Source: Gammaproteobacteria bacterium
Lineage (GTDB): Bacteria; Pseudomonadota; Gammaproteobacteria; GCA-001735895
Length of the DNA stretch: 49,718 nucleotides
Assembly (NCBI GenBank): GCA_030066315.1
Contig: JASJBW010000002.1
Coordinates: forward strand, 1 to 49,718
Direction: 5' to 3'
Part shown: in pieces, positions 19,057 through 28,853 of the stretch
Layout: each line of letters starts with the position of its first letter
Numbering within the stretch: position 1 is the first letter of the stretch
Position numbers and translations under genes: made by a program
Notes under the pieces: generated by a model
Databases searched by the model: none
Told to the model about the DNA's origin: nothing
What the model saw: only the letters and a program-made list of their open reading frames with translations

Positions 19057-19087
19057 AAACCGGGATACCCAGTATCCCGGTTTTTTA
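19057..19087 (+). terminator. Rho-independent terminator after the cupredoxin gene
   Basis: aaaccgggatac-cca-gtatcccggttt stem with a T-run. Confidence 0.85.
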
Positions 19088-19144
19088 TTTGTGATAAAAA
19101 ACATCTGTTTGTCCCTGAAATAACTTTTAGCAAACCTCAAAACG

Positions 19145-20635
19145 TTAATTCAATTGACTCAAATATATTTCAGCCTGTGTAATGTGAGCGTTTTGCTTTA
19201 CAGGATCCATATTATCAAAAGTACGTACCAGCATCGCCAGTCGTGGATTTTGCAAGAAAAAGTCGCGATGGGTATGCATGAAACGCCAAAATAAGCCATC
19301 CCAGGTTTCCTGCCATTCACCCTTCGTATAATCACTCATTTTTCTTAAATAATTTGATCCGCTGATGTAAGGCTTGGTTGCAAACAGACCGCCATCCGCG
19401 AACTGGCTCATTCCATAAACATTCGGCACCATGACCCAATCATAGGCATCAATAAATAATTCCATGAACCACCGATAAACTTCGTTTGGATCAAACTCAC
19501 ATAGCAGCATAAAGTTACCCAACACCATCAGGCGCTCAATATGATGGCAGTAACCTGTTTTTAGCACCTTTTGAATGGTGATATCCACCGGCTCTATACC
19601 CGTTTCTGCCGTGTAAAATGAAGCAGGAATCGGACGCTTAAAACCCCAAAAATTTTGACTTCTTGAATATGTCCCCTTTATTTCATACATACCCCGAATA
19701 AACTCACGCCAACCGATCAGCTGCCGCACAAAGCCCTCCAGCGAGTTAATCGGCACACCCTCTTTTTCAGCATAAGACAATGCAAGATCCAGTACATCGC
19801 GGGGTTGAATAAGCCCCACGTTGAGCATTGGACTTAATACACTATGATGTAAAAACGATTCATCCTGGACTATGGCATCTTCATAATCACCAAAATGAAT
19901 AAAGCGATGATGCAGAAAGTCTCCCAACCAGTCATCACTACCTTTATGCGTAACAGGATAGATTGGTGAATCCGATAAGGCTCCAGGATTATGTGTAAAA
20001 TGATGCTGAACATAATCAAGGGCCTCCTGCCAATAGTGGCTATTAAGCGGCGGGTCAATCACAGGCGGTGTCTTTGCCTTCGGATATTTTTTCCGATTCT
20101 CACTATCAAAACTCCATTGACCTCCTAATGGTTGATTTTCATCATCAAGCAGAATGTGATTTTTTTTTCGTTGCTGTTTATAAAATATCGTTTGAAAAAA
20201 AGACTGTTTGTCCGGCTTGAAAAAATCCTCTAAATCTTTGCGGCTATTGATAAACAGCGGATTCTCAAATTCCTTAAGTTGAATGGATAAGCGCCTGGCC
20301 ATTGATTGAATCCGTTGCTCTAACCAGTTATCCGTGGGGTTGATATAAGCTATTTCATCTATGCCTGACTCATACACATTTTCAAAAAGTTTTCGAATAT
20401 CCGACCGGGGATCCGCGCTCTCAATATAATGAACCTCGGCACCTTGGTTCACCAGGTAGTCCTGGTAGTACTTCATCGATGCCCGGTGAAATGCCAGCTT
20501 CATCTTGTGGAAAGCGAATTCTTTGAAAAACAGCGTTTCCTCGATCAGGTAAATGGCTTGCCCATTGTCGAGCATAGGATGCTTGAGGAATAGCTGGTGA
20601 GGAAAAATAAGGTTCACTGCATTCATCGAATTCAC
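19145..20635 (-). CDS. Cryptochrome/photolyase-family protein of the COG3046 'photolyase-related' type (the group containing PhrB/CryB (6-4) photolyases)
   Basis: 496 aa with NLIFPHQLF ... LIEETLFF ... [11 protein letters not shown] at the N-terminus and [15 protein letters not shown] ... FADGG ... KPYISGSNY in the C-terminal half. GTG start overlaps the DUF2256 stop (GTGA). Confidence 0.8.
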   Translation of the reverse strand: MNSMNAVNLIFPHQLFLKHPMLDNGQAIYLIEETLFFKEFAFHKMKLAFHRASMKYYQDYLVNQGAEVHYIESADPRSDIRKLFENVYESGIDEIAYINPTDNWLEQRIQSMARRLSIQLKEFENPLFINSRKDLEDFFKPDKQSFFQTIFYKQQRKKNHILLDDENQPLGGQWSFDSENRKKYPKAKTPPVIDPPLNSHYWQEALDYVQHHFTHNPGALSDSPIYPVTHKGSDDWLGDFLHHRFIHFGDYEDAIVQDESFLHHSVLSPMLNVGLIQPRDVLDLALSYAEKEGVPINSLEGFVRQLIGWREFIRGMYEIKGTYSRSQNFWGFKRPIPASFYTAETGIEPVDITIQKVLKTGYCHHIERLMVLGNFMLLCEFDPNEVYRWFMELFIDAYDWVMVPNVYGMSQFADGGLFATKPYISGSNYLRKMSDYTKGEWQETWDGLFWRFMHTHRDFFLQNPRLAMLVRTFDNMDPVKQNAHITQAEIYLSQLN

Positions 20636-20760
20636 CGGTTACGGCGACAGCGTTCGCTACAATATCTTACGGCATCCCAATCTTTACGCCATTTTTTTCG
20701 CCAGGCGAAAGGTCGTTGGCACACCGGGCAAACCTTAACAGGCAAATGCTGTTTTTTCAC
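20632..20760 (-). CDS. DUF2256 small zinc-ribbon-like protein (below the ORF-track size cut-off)
   Basis: Hand translation gives (M)[41 protein letters not shown]. CxxC ... CxxxC plus the WRKKW core match DUF2256. AGAGGA lies 5 nt before the GTG start. Confidence 0.75.
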   Translation of the reverse strand: MKKQHLPVKVCPVCQRPFAWRKKWRKDWDAVRYCSERCRRNR

Positions 20761-20821
20761 ATGGGTCCTCTGAGTCGATGAATAAAAACCCAAGGGGACG
20801 ATAATGGCTTAATATCAGAGA

Positions 20822-22339
20822 TCATTTTTTTAGCAAGTGCTTAACTGAATCTGACGGTATGTTCCGGGTATGGGTTGCCAGTATTCTCTCACGTTCAGCC
20901 TTAACCAGGTCATTTTTTCTGTGACTCCAGATTTTTGATCTCGCCTGACGAGCACATTCAATATGATCGATGATAGGCAAGGGATAATCTGTACCGAGAG
21001 TGATTCCACAACAAGTCTGGTCAAATTCACTCATCAACCAGGGTTCATGAATAAATTCCGTATTGACCGGCTCCAGTTCAGGTACCCACTTCTTGATAAA
21101 GAGGCCCTCTGGGTCATGATCCTTGGATTGTTTGACCGGATTATATATGCGTAGCGTATTGATTCCTGTAGCCCCGGCCTGCATTTGAAACTGGGGGTAG
21201 TGAATACCCGGCTCATAATCCAGAAATAGACTAGCCAGATGGTAAACACCTGCACGCCAGTCCTGGTCTAAATGATGACATAAAAAAGAGGCCAGCATGG
21301 CCCGCATGCGAAAGTTGATCCAACCCGTCGATTGGAGACAACGCATACAGGCATCGACTAATGGAAATCCTGTATGACCGGTTTGCCAGGCATCAACATA
21401 GTTCCGATTGGCCTCATGCTCCAATTCTTCATAACCGCGGTTAATACAAACAGTTTCATAATCACATTCAACTTCAAATTTTTGCATGAAGTGACAATGC
21501 CATTTCAACCGAGTATTGATGGCACTATATGCCCGTTTATTTTGAGCATAAGTAGGATGAAACTTGATATGCTGATAAGCCTGTTTAACACTCAAGTTGC
21601 CCCATGAAAGGTAAGGAGAAAGTCGTCCACAGGAAGTACGACTTTTTTCAGGTTTTGAAATATTCAGATGATACTCACTTCCACGTCCCTGGGTAAATGA
21701 GTTTAAATATTTCCAGGCATTACTCTCTCCAGCCGGCTGGAATTGGTCAGGATACTGTTCCAGGCGCTCAAATAGAGACGATTCTAACGGGTATGGATTA
21801 TCTAATGGGGACAGAGTATTTATAGAGAAATGATTTTCAAGCAACGGTTTTCGCATGGTTTTAAACCAGCGCGCGTCCCAACCATCACGGTGCGTAATTC
21901 CACGTTCCACACCATCACGCTGATATTGATTCCATTCAATGGCATGATCTTGAAATAGCTGATTTAATTTTTTATCTCGGTTCCAGGTCAACTGGACACC
22001 AGTTTCCTGGTAGGAAAAAATATTATTTACCCGATAGCGCTGGAGTAGATGTGCAAACACGTCCTCTGCATCTTTGTGGAATATTTGAACCTGCCGGTCA
22101 AAGGGTTTGAGCACCCTGTTCATATCAAGAATGGATTGATAAATAAATTGCAGGTGACGGATCGAGGTATCCGCATGAGCCATCAAGGCTGGTTCAAACA
22201 AATAGATAATGATATAGGATAGACCATGATTCTCGGCAGCCTGCAAGGCTGCGTGATCCTGGGTTCTAAGATCACGCTTCAACCAGACAATGTTTATTGG
22301 CACACCATCCTGTTGATGTGTTTTACAATTCGTAGTCAT
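20822..22339 (-). CDS. Deoxyribodipyrimidine photo-lyase / cryptochrome-family flavoprotein
   Basis: 505 aa. N-terminal WLKRDLRTQDHAAL, SRTSCGRLSPYLSWGNLS, and the FAD-domain tail DYEPGIHYPQFQMQAGATG...RIYNPVKQSKDHDPEGLFIKKWVPEL. Subclass not assignable by eye. Confidence 0.8.
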   Translation of the reverse strand: MTTNCKTHQQDGVPINIVWLKRDLRTQDHAALQAAENHGLSYIIIYLFEPALMAHADTSIRHLQFIYQSILDMNRVLKPFDRQVQIFHKDAEDVFAHLLQRYRVNNIFSYQETGVQLTWNRDKKLNQLFQDHAIEWNQYQRDGVERGITHRDGWDARWFKTMRKPLLENHFSINTLSPLDNPYPLESSLFERLEQYPDQFQPAGESNAWKYLNSFTQGRGSEYHLNISKPEKSRTSCGRLSPYLSWGNLSVKQAYQHIKFHPTYAQNKRAYSAINTRLKWHCHFMQKFEVECDYETVCINRGYEELEHEANRNYVDAWQTGHTGFPLVDACMRCLQSTGWINFRMRAMLASFLCHHLDQDWRAGVYHLASLFLDYEPGIHYPQFQMQAGATGINTLRIYNPVKQSKDHDPEGLFIKKWVPELEPVNTEFIHEPWLMSEFDQTCCGITLGTDYPLPIIDHIECARQARSKIWSHRKNDLVKAERERILATHTRNIPSDSVKHLLKK

Positions 22340-22409
22340 GACCCACTACTTTCAATGTATGGTGATCCCTGAGCATTTTTTGTCTTAAATAAACGTAGTC
22401 AGTTCGCCA

Positions 22410-23405
22410 CTACCCGTGCACAATAACACGACCCGTACAAAAACGGGCCAACCTAACAGCTGCAGCCAAAGTTTCAAAATGATCAACTACAGCCTGAGTT
22501 GAGTCCATCGCAGCCTTAAGGACCGGGCCTGCCTGCCCTACCAGATCTGCACCTAGTGCCAATGCCTTGGCTGCATCAAGACCATGCCGGATACCACCCG
22601 ACGCGACGAGAGGCAACTCAGGAAACTCAGACCGTATGGCCATTATTGCCTTGGGCGTGGAAATCCCCCATTGACCAAAAAGTTTACCAAGAGCCTGTAA
22701 TTTTTGATCATTGGTACGCTGACTTTCTACTCGATTAAAACTGGTTCCGCCTCTACCGGCCACATCGATGGCTGCAACACCAGCATTGATCAGTCGACGT
22801 GCAACATTCGTAGATATACCCATACCCACTTCTTTGGCTATAACGGGTATGGATAAACAAGAACTGATCTCCTCAACACGATTGAGAATATGTCGCCAGT
22901 CAGTATCACCATGATCCTGTAAAGCTTCCTGGAGAGGGTTAAAGTGAATGATTAATCCATTAGCCTCAATCATTTCAATGGCATGGCGTATTTCATTAAT
23001 ACCGAAATCCTGACGCAGCTGGGCAGCACCAATATTTGAGAATAAAACAATATCGGGTGCATATTGTCGTAATCTCTTGTTTAAACCACTTTGTGAAGAT
23101 GATTGCAGTGCTACACGCTGTGAGCCTACACCCATGGCAATGCCCAGATGTTGTGCCGCCTCCGTCAAGTGAATATTAATTAATTCCGCTCGTCTCGGCC
23201 CACCGGTCATCGAACTGATCAAAAAAGGGAGTTTTAACTCGTACCCTAAAAAGCAGGTTGAGAGTTTGATATCAGTCAGTTTCTCTTCAGGTAAAGCATT
23301 ATGTTCAAGCTCTACTTTATCAAAGCCGTTAGGGGGAGGTGTATCCTGTTGTTGCGCCAGAACGAGCTCTATGTGATCGACTTTTCGCTGGAGGATGTCT
23401 TTCAT
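22410..23405 (-). CDS. idi: Type 2 (FMN-dependent) isopentenyl-diphosphate delta-isomerase
   Basis: 331 aa. RKVDHIEL start, SSMTGG, TIM-barrel FMN-type motifs (ASGGIRHGLDAAKALALGA). ATGA overlap with the blh stop. Confidence 0.85.
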   Translation of the reverse strand: MKDILQRKVDHIELVLAQQQDTPPPNGFDKVELEHNALPEEKLTDIKLSTCFLGYELKLPFLISSMTGGPRRAELINIHLTEAAQHLGIAMGVGSQRVALQSSSQSGLNKRLRQYAPDIVLFSNIGAAQLRQDFGINEIRHAIEMIEANGLIIHFNPLQEALQDHGDTDWRHILNRVEEISSCLSIPVIAKEVGMGISTNVARRLINAGVAAIDVAGRGGTSFNRVESQRTNDQKLQALGKLFGQWGISTPKAIMAIRSEFPELPLVASGGIRHGLDAAKALALGADLVGQAGPVLKAAMDSTQAVVDHFETLAAAVRLARFCTGRVIVHG

Positions 23406-24310
23406 GACGTAATCTCAACCGGATTAAGACGTTGTGTCAGCTCAATCAGTATCATGTGGGGTACAGTGAGGATCATTAAACCGATAAAAACAGTGCGTAA
23501 TAAATCCTGGTGCCAGTCCTGCTCCGGCATTAACAGAAAGGCCATAAATCCCAGGATGACGGTCAGTACACTGAATACTATTGCGGTTGATATTACGGCC
23601 TCTAGTTTTTCACGCTTTGCAATGGCCAATAAATGCCGAGGGCTATGTTGTAAACAAAAATAAAGGACGAAAAAAATAAGAGGGGGTAATAATATCGCTG
23701 TGATAATTATAAGAACTATTTCTACTGCCGAATAAATATCAACTTTCAGCGATTGCCATAAGCTAGTCAACAACAACACGGCCACCATTGGCCACAGTTG
23801 GCTTGAAATAATTACCAGCTGTCTTGCTCCTTCCGTTGATATCAGGAGACCGTAGATATTCAAAACCTCAGTCGAATGGAACAAGCTGGGAATAACGATC
23901 AAGGCCAAGCCCATTCCTATGCGATTTAATTGACTTAACTTGAAGCGCCAATCATTGGAAAAATGCCAGGCTGAAAGTAACAAAAACAAAGCGAAAGTTA
24001 AGTTACTCAACCATACCCAGAGCCCGAAAGTGATAGCAGCAACCAACAAGTAAATGAGAATAAAATGAAATAAGTCACTGCCTGTCTTCCACAAGCCATA
24101 GCGACGAGCCACAATCGGGTCAAGTGCTCCATGGGGTAATCCCAATAAAATGACCAGAGCGGTTAATAAGATTATTTGCCACTGCAAAGATACATTCACT
24201 TCGAACATTACCAACGCAACAGTTGCAACAGACGCTGTAAAAAAAAACCACTGCTGCAAACGATCAGCTGAATTATCCACGGTGGAGACTGCCCTTTTGA
24301 TCTTCGCCAT
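23402..24310 (-). CDS. blh: Brp/Blh-family beta-carotene 15,15'-dioxygenase (retinal-forming)
   Basis: Polytopic membrane protein with the four conserved His contexts (LPHGALD, WHFSNDW, LQHSPRHL, VPHM). Start uncertain, since it overlaps crtY by 38 nt. Confidence 0.8.
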   Translation of the reverse strand: MAKIKRAVSTVDNSADRLQQWFFFTASVATVALVMFEVNVSLQWQIILLTALVILLGLPHGALDPIVARRYGLWKTGSDLFHFILIYLLVAAITFGLWVWLSNLTFALFLLLSAWHFSNDWRFKLSQLNRIGMGLALIVIPSLFHSTEVLNIYGLLISTEGARQLVIISSQLWPMVAVLLLTSLWQSLKVDIYSAVEIVLIIITAILLPPLIFFVLYFCLQHSPRHLLAIAKREKLEAVISTAIVFSVLTVILGFMAFLLMPEQDWHQDLLRTVFIGLMILTVPHMILIELTQRLNPVEITS

Positions 24311-25463
24311 GGCGTATTAAATTTGTGCTGAGCTGTTTAATAAATGGGCCGGCCGGGAGAGCAAAAATGACGGACCAAAGATCTCGCGAGGTGGGTTGAT
24401 CACTCAGAAATCTAACCAGAGCTGTTGGCTCAACCTTTTGCGCCAGAGATAGAAATAAATCAGGGGCTAAACCGGGATGATTTCTGATAACTTTAAGGAA
24501 TAATTGATCCATCAAAGATTGTGATGTGGGATCTTGCGGATGCGGAAGGATCTTTTTGTGTTTCAATAATGCTCTGGCACAAAGACGAGACCAATTTTGG
24601 ATCCTTTTATAGGCATAACCTGTTGAAGCTCGAATAGCCCCTCCGCCACTGCCAACCCTAACCCAGTTAGGCAGAAGCGCTTGCCTAACAGGATCCAGTC
24701 CCATTGGAATGATTCCTCTCTCTCGCCGTAGCACCCTGTATTGACCCGAGGGGAAATATCGTCGTAATGCAAGATCCAGATCATTGGTCAATTGCTTGAT
24801 TGCTGATTGATCCGGACAAAACCGAGTACTTTCCACTAATACCCGGTTCTTCTGGAAAGGGATTATGTAATTAAATTTAAATCCAAATTGATCAGCGGCC
24901 ATGTCTTGCATTAAGCCGACTTGATCTGCTTGATTTAATTTTTGATCCGTTTCTATTTCGGCTCCTTCAAATACCTGCAACAGGATCGCCTGCTCGTTAT
25001 CAGCAGAGGATGATGGGCGTGTATCAATGACTTTATTAGCCAATAAATCTCCATTGGAGGTATTGATTAGAAAGTCTTTGTTATATGCCTGAATCCTTTC
25101 AACTCGTGTATCTTTTTTTAGAGTGGCCTGGTCATTTTGTGAAATGATATCGATAGCATCACGGTAAAAATTAATGGCCGGAATACAACAGTATGACCAG
25201 CTTTCCTCTGCGGTATGAACAATGCTCTTATCGCCAGCAGAGAATGTCCATTGTTGCCAATGATTACTAACCAAATGTTGATTATTGTCATTATTCTGCG
25301 CCCAGAAACACCAGGTCCGATCATTCACATACTCATTCCTAGGTTCGATGATTATAGTTCTTGGCACATTGAACTGAGTTCCTGCACCTTTGATTAAATC
25401 ACGTGCAAGTGAGAGGCCTGCACAACCTCCACCAATAATCGCCAAATCATAACGTTTAGTCAT
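24273..25463 (-). CDS. crtY: Lycopene beta-cyclase
   Basis: 396 aa. N-terminal YDLAIIGGGCAGLSLA FAD fold. Its position between crtB and blh matches known proteorhodopsin photosystems. Confidence 0.8.
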   Translation of the reverse strand: MTKRYDLAIIGGGCAGLSLARDLIKGAGTQFNVPRTIIIEPRNEYVNDRTWCFWAQNNDNNQHLVSNHWQQWTFSAGDKSIVHTAEESWSYCCIPAINFYRDAIDIISQNDQATLKKDTRVERIQAYNKDFLINTSNGDLLANKVIDTRPSSSADNEQAILLQVFEGAEIETDQKLNQADQVGLMQDMAADQFGFKFNYIIPFQKNRVLVESTRFCPDQSAIKQLTNDLDLALRRYFPSGQYRVLRRERGIIPMGLDPVRQALLPNWVRVGSGGGAIRASTGYAYKRIQNWSRLCARALLKHKKILPHPQDPTSQSLMDQLFLKVIRNHPGLAPDLFLSLAQKVEPTALVRFLSDQPTSRDLWSVIFALPAGPFIKQLSTNLIRHGEDQKGSLHRG

Positions 25464-25470
25464 TTAATCA

Positions 25471-26427
25471 CTACTTATTGCCGTAACTGCCAGGAACCCC
25501 CTGGATCGGTTGATGCAAAACTGGATTATGTTGGGCAGTTTTCAAATGGAAACGGGTACGAGTGATAAAATCAAAGCAAGCTTTCACAGTAATCATAATT
25601 TTACCCCTGGTGGTCACCTGTGCACGACCTAACCATGTCGCATATTTTTTACGTGCTAATTGTCTGCCAATACCTCGATAGACCCTGGCTGCAATTAAAA
25701 TCGCCAAACGCACACGCCATGGCAGGTAAGCCATTCCCCTTTCTGCAGATTCATAGAAATACTCGGCATCATCGAGAAGTATTTTTACCGCTGTTTTGAG
25801 ATTATCACGATGCCATACATCGGCATTGGCTATTTGCAATGGATTAAGATTACCGACCAAACTTTTAGGCAGATAACGTCGGTTATTTCTGGCATCCTCA
25901 GCGACATCGCGGGCGATATTCGTTAATTGCATCGCAATACCTAAATCGATAGCGTGCTTGTGAGCTTGGGTATCCTCAACACCCAGCACATCACACATTA
26001 ACAAACCAACGGTTCCAGCAACCCGGTAACAATAAAGCTTCAGCTGGGCATCATCCTCGAAAAGTACACTATCCAAATCCGACAACAATCCCTGAATCAA
26101 CTGCCTAACGGGCTCATGATTGATTTGATATTCCCTGGATAACATCAGAAAGTCACTGATCACCGGATCAAAACTCATACCGGAATCAAGTTCGTTTGCA
26201 ATTTGAATCAGTTTTTTTAGTGCGTCGGGCTTCTGCAAAGACGCATCTACTACGTCATCTAAATATCGGCAAAAACTGTACAGTCGCGCACAAGCCTTAA
26301 ATTGTTTTAAAGGTAAAAATCTTCCCGCAAAATAAAAACTTTTACCATGTTTTGAAAGCACATCTGTAGCCTGAAAGGCTGGCGAATGATGATCGGATTT
26401 TGGATCAAAGGAAATGGCCAGGGTCAT
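25471..26427 (-). CDS. crtB: Phytoene synthase
   Basis: Squalene/phytoene synthase motifs (YSFCRYLDDVVD, ARDVAEDARNNRRYLP). Start set at the ATG forming an ATGA overlap with the crtI stop. The track ORF's 52-aa N-terminal extension lies inside crtI. Confidence 0.85.
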   Translation of the reverse strand: MTLAISFDPKSDHHSPAFQATDVLSKHGKSFYFAGRFLPLKQFKACARLYSFCRYLDDVVDASLQKPDALKKLIQIANELDSGMSFDPVISDFLMLSREYQINHEPVRQLIQGLLSDLDSVLFEDDAQLKLYCYRVAGTVGLLMCDVLGVEDTQAHKHAIDLGIAMQLTNIARDVAEDARNNRRYLPKSLVGNLNPLQIANADVWHRDNLKTAVKILLDDAEYFYESAERGMAYLPWRVRLAILIAARVYRGIGRQLARKKYATWLGRAQVTTRGKIMITVKACFDFITRTRFHLKTAQHNPVLHQPIQGVPGSYGNK

Positions 26428-27917
26428 GCTGCTGCCTCCTGTAAGGATCGACTTGAGGGTAAAAGATTTTCGAGTACTTTTGCTGATGATAAAACGCCCG
26501 GTACACCCGCACCAGGATGTGTTCCCGCACCCACCAGGAACAGGTTTTCCGGCCCCTCTGCCCGATTGTGAAAACGAAACCAAGCTGACTGCCTAAACAG
26601 AGGCGCTACTGAAAATCCCGCCCCATGCTCGCTTAGATAATCGTTAGCGAAATCTTGCGGGGTCATAAAAAAATCTGCGGTTATACAATTATCAAGTCCC
26701 GGTAGCAGAGTTTCCGATAATGCATTGACAATTCTCTGCTTGAGTAACGGACCTTCCATAGACCAATCAATGCTGGCTTTCAGATTAGGAACTGGCGCCA
26801 GCACATAAAAAGAATCACAACCTGGCGGTGCAAATGAAGGATCGGTGGCTGTGGGTCGATGAAGATACAATGAAAAATCCTCAGGTAGTGCGTCACCGTG
26901 GAAGATGTCCCTTAACAATTCACGATAGCGTTGGCCCATCCAGATCGTGTGATGAGCAACCTCCGGATATTGCCGCGTGGTGCCAAAGTAGAGCACGAAT
27001 AATCCCATGGAGAATTGTGAGTGTTTTTGTTTCAGCCCCACAAGGCCACGTTGATATTTCTTATCAAGCATATGGCGATAGAGATAAGCTGGATCGACAT
27101 TAGAAACGACTGTATGCGTTTCTATTTTTTCACCACTATCGAGTTGAATACCACTAACGCGGTCGTTTTCAACCAACAAACGAGAGACGGACTGATTTAA
27201 ATGGATATCGATACCCTGGCTCCTCATCAGTTGCTCTAATGCATCAACAATCGCACCAGTCCCGCCCATAGCGAAATGAATTCCCCACTCTCTTTCCAGG
27301 TAATGAATCAAGCCGTAGATGCTGGTCGTATCAAAAGGATTGCCCCCAACAAGTAATGGTTGAATAGAAAAGGCCTGGCGTAAGTGAGGATCCTGTAAAT
27401 GACTACTGACCAAATCCCAGACTGTTTGCTGGCAGTTAAGACGTAACAGGTTAGGTACCTGTTTTATCATGGTCATGACTGAGTGAAAGGGTTGATCAGA
27501 GAGCTGGTTGAAGCCCACTTCAAAAATTTGTTTGGATTGATGCAATAGATTTTTATATCCGTTTACATCAGCTGCATTGAATTGACCAATTTGTGCCAAC
27601 GTATCTTCGATTGTCCCTCCGTAGTCGAAAGTTTTGCCATCACTAAACCAGAACCGGTACCAGGGAGAAAGGGGAACAAAATCAACAAAGTCTTCACGTT
27701 TTTTTTCGAAGAGCGCGAACAATTCATCAAATAAAAATGGCGCCGTAATTACGGTGGGTCCTGCGTCATGGCGAAATCCATCTTGCTCAAATACTTGTGC
27801 ACGTCCGCCTAGGCGTTCACACCGATCATAAATCGCCACATCATACCCTCTTGCCCGCAAACGCAAAGCTGAGGCAATACCGCCAAAACCTCCACCTACG
27901 ACTATGGCTTCAGGCAT
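26424..27917 (-). CDS. crtI: Phytoene desaturase
   Basis: 497 aa. AIVVGGGFGGIASALRL dinucleotide fold and C-terminal LFLVGAGTHPGAGVPGV motif. Confidence 0.9.
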   Translation of the reverse strand: MPEAIVVGGGFGGIASALRLRARGYDVAIYDRCERLGGRAQVFEQDGFRHDAGPTVITAPFLFDELFALFEKKREDFVDFVPLSPWYRFWFSDGKTFDYGGTIEDTLAQIGQFNAADVNGYKNLLHQSKQIFEVGFNQLSDQPFHSVMTMIKQVPNLLRLNCQQTVWDLVSSHLQDPHLRQAFSIQPLLVGGNPFDTTSIYGLIHYLEREWGIHFAMGGTGAIVDALEQLMRSQGIDIHLNQSVSRLLVENDRVSGIQLDSGEKIETHTVVSNVDPAYLYRHMLDKKYQRGLVGLKQKHSQFSMGLFVLYFGTTRQYPEVAHHTIWMGQRYRELLRDIFHGDALPEDFSLYLHRPTATDPSFAPPGCDSFYVLAPVPNLKASIDWSMEGPLLKQRIVNALSETLLPGLDNCITADFFMTPQDFANDYLSEHGAGFSVAPLFRQSAWFRFHNRAEGPENLFLVGAGTHPGAGVPGVLSSAKVLENLLPSSRSLQEAAA

Positions 27918-28845
27918 GATTCTTCCTTTCCAGTTTATGTAAGAGCTGTTCTGCTAAATCTTCAAGCAAAAAACCACACTGGTTAGGTAATTCCTTGCCT
28001 AATGCAGTTGCTGACTCAAGATGGTCTTGGGCCATGTCCATAGCCGCCTCGAGAGCATTGGATGCACCGACTTCCAGTTCCAACGCGAAAAGCACATTGG
28101 CTATGGACCCTTGCTGACGATCCTCATCACGATCAAAGATATCATCAATAATTTGATAACCGGTTCCGAATGTTCTGGCGGCTCGCCTGGCATGGGCTAC
28201 AGAATCTTGATAACCTGCGACAATGAGGGGTAATTCCAACCCCAGCGAAAATAAGGGGCCTGATTTTGCTTCAGCCACTTGCAGGCATAATCCAGAACCC
28301 AACTGATTAACGTTATGGTGAACCACATCGTAAGATTGACCATGAATGGTGTTGGCAACAGCATCATGAAGATGCTGGATCAGATAAGGCAATTTATCGA
28401 CTTTACTGATTTGAGCGATAGCAGCAAAGGACGCGGTAATCATCAAATCTGTTAAGCCCAAGGCAGTGTTGATGCCATAGCTTTTCCAGACGGTTAGCTG
28501 ACCTCTCCGGATTTCCGCAGCATCTTGCAGATCGTCCTGTACCAGGGAAGCGTTGTGAAGCAACTCCACACTGGTAGCCAGAACTATGGCATCGTGCTGA
28601 CTCAGACCCAATGAATAGGCAGCAGTCAAGGCGAGTTTACTGCGAGTTCTGCCACCGCCCGAAGTCAAGTGATGCCTCAATGCGCGTAATATTTGCTTGT
28701 TTTGAGCTGGCCGCGCACAAATGGTGTACATGCGCTGTTCGACTAATTCGATATCTTGTTGCCACCCACTAAGCTTTGCTTGCAAAAAAGGGCCAGAGTT
28801 CAACTCATCAACGGGTGTCGCTATATGGAAGTTAATCTGTTTCAT
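27910..28845 (-). CDS. crtE: Geranylgeranyl diphosphate synthase (polyprenyl synthetase)
   Basis: First and second Asp-rich motifs LVQDDLQD and QIIDDIFD. It lies directly downstream of the rhodopsin gene. Confidence 0.85.
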   Translation of the reverse strand: MKQINFHIATPVDELNSGPFLQAKLSGWQQDIELVEQRMYTICARPAQNKQILRALRHHLTSGGGRTRSKLALTAAYSLGLSQHDAIVLATSVELLHNASLVQDDLQDAAEIRRGQLTVWKSYGINTALGLTDLMITASFAAIAQISKVDKLPYLIQHLHDAVANTIHGQSYDVVHHNVNQLGSGLCLQVAEAKSGPLFSLGLELPLIVAGYQDSVAHARRAARTFGTGYQIIDDIFDRDEDRQQGSIANVLFALELEVGASNALEAAMDMAQDHLESATALGKELPNQCGFLLEDLAEQLLHKLERKNHA

Positions 28846-28853
28846 AGTTATCG

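Noticed and set aside
26428-26583. 52-aa N-terminal extension of the crtB ORF
   Set aside because: It overlaps the 3' end of crtI by 160 nt and is Gly/Cys/Ser-rich with no resemblance to phytoene synthases. The internal ATG gives the classic ATGA stop/start junction with crtI.
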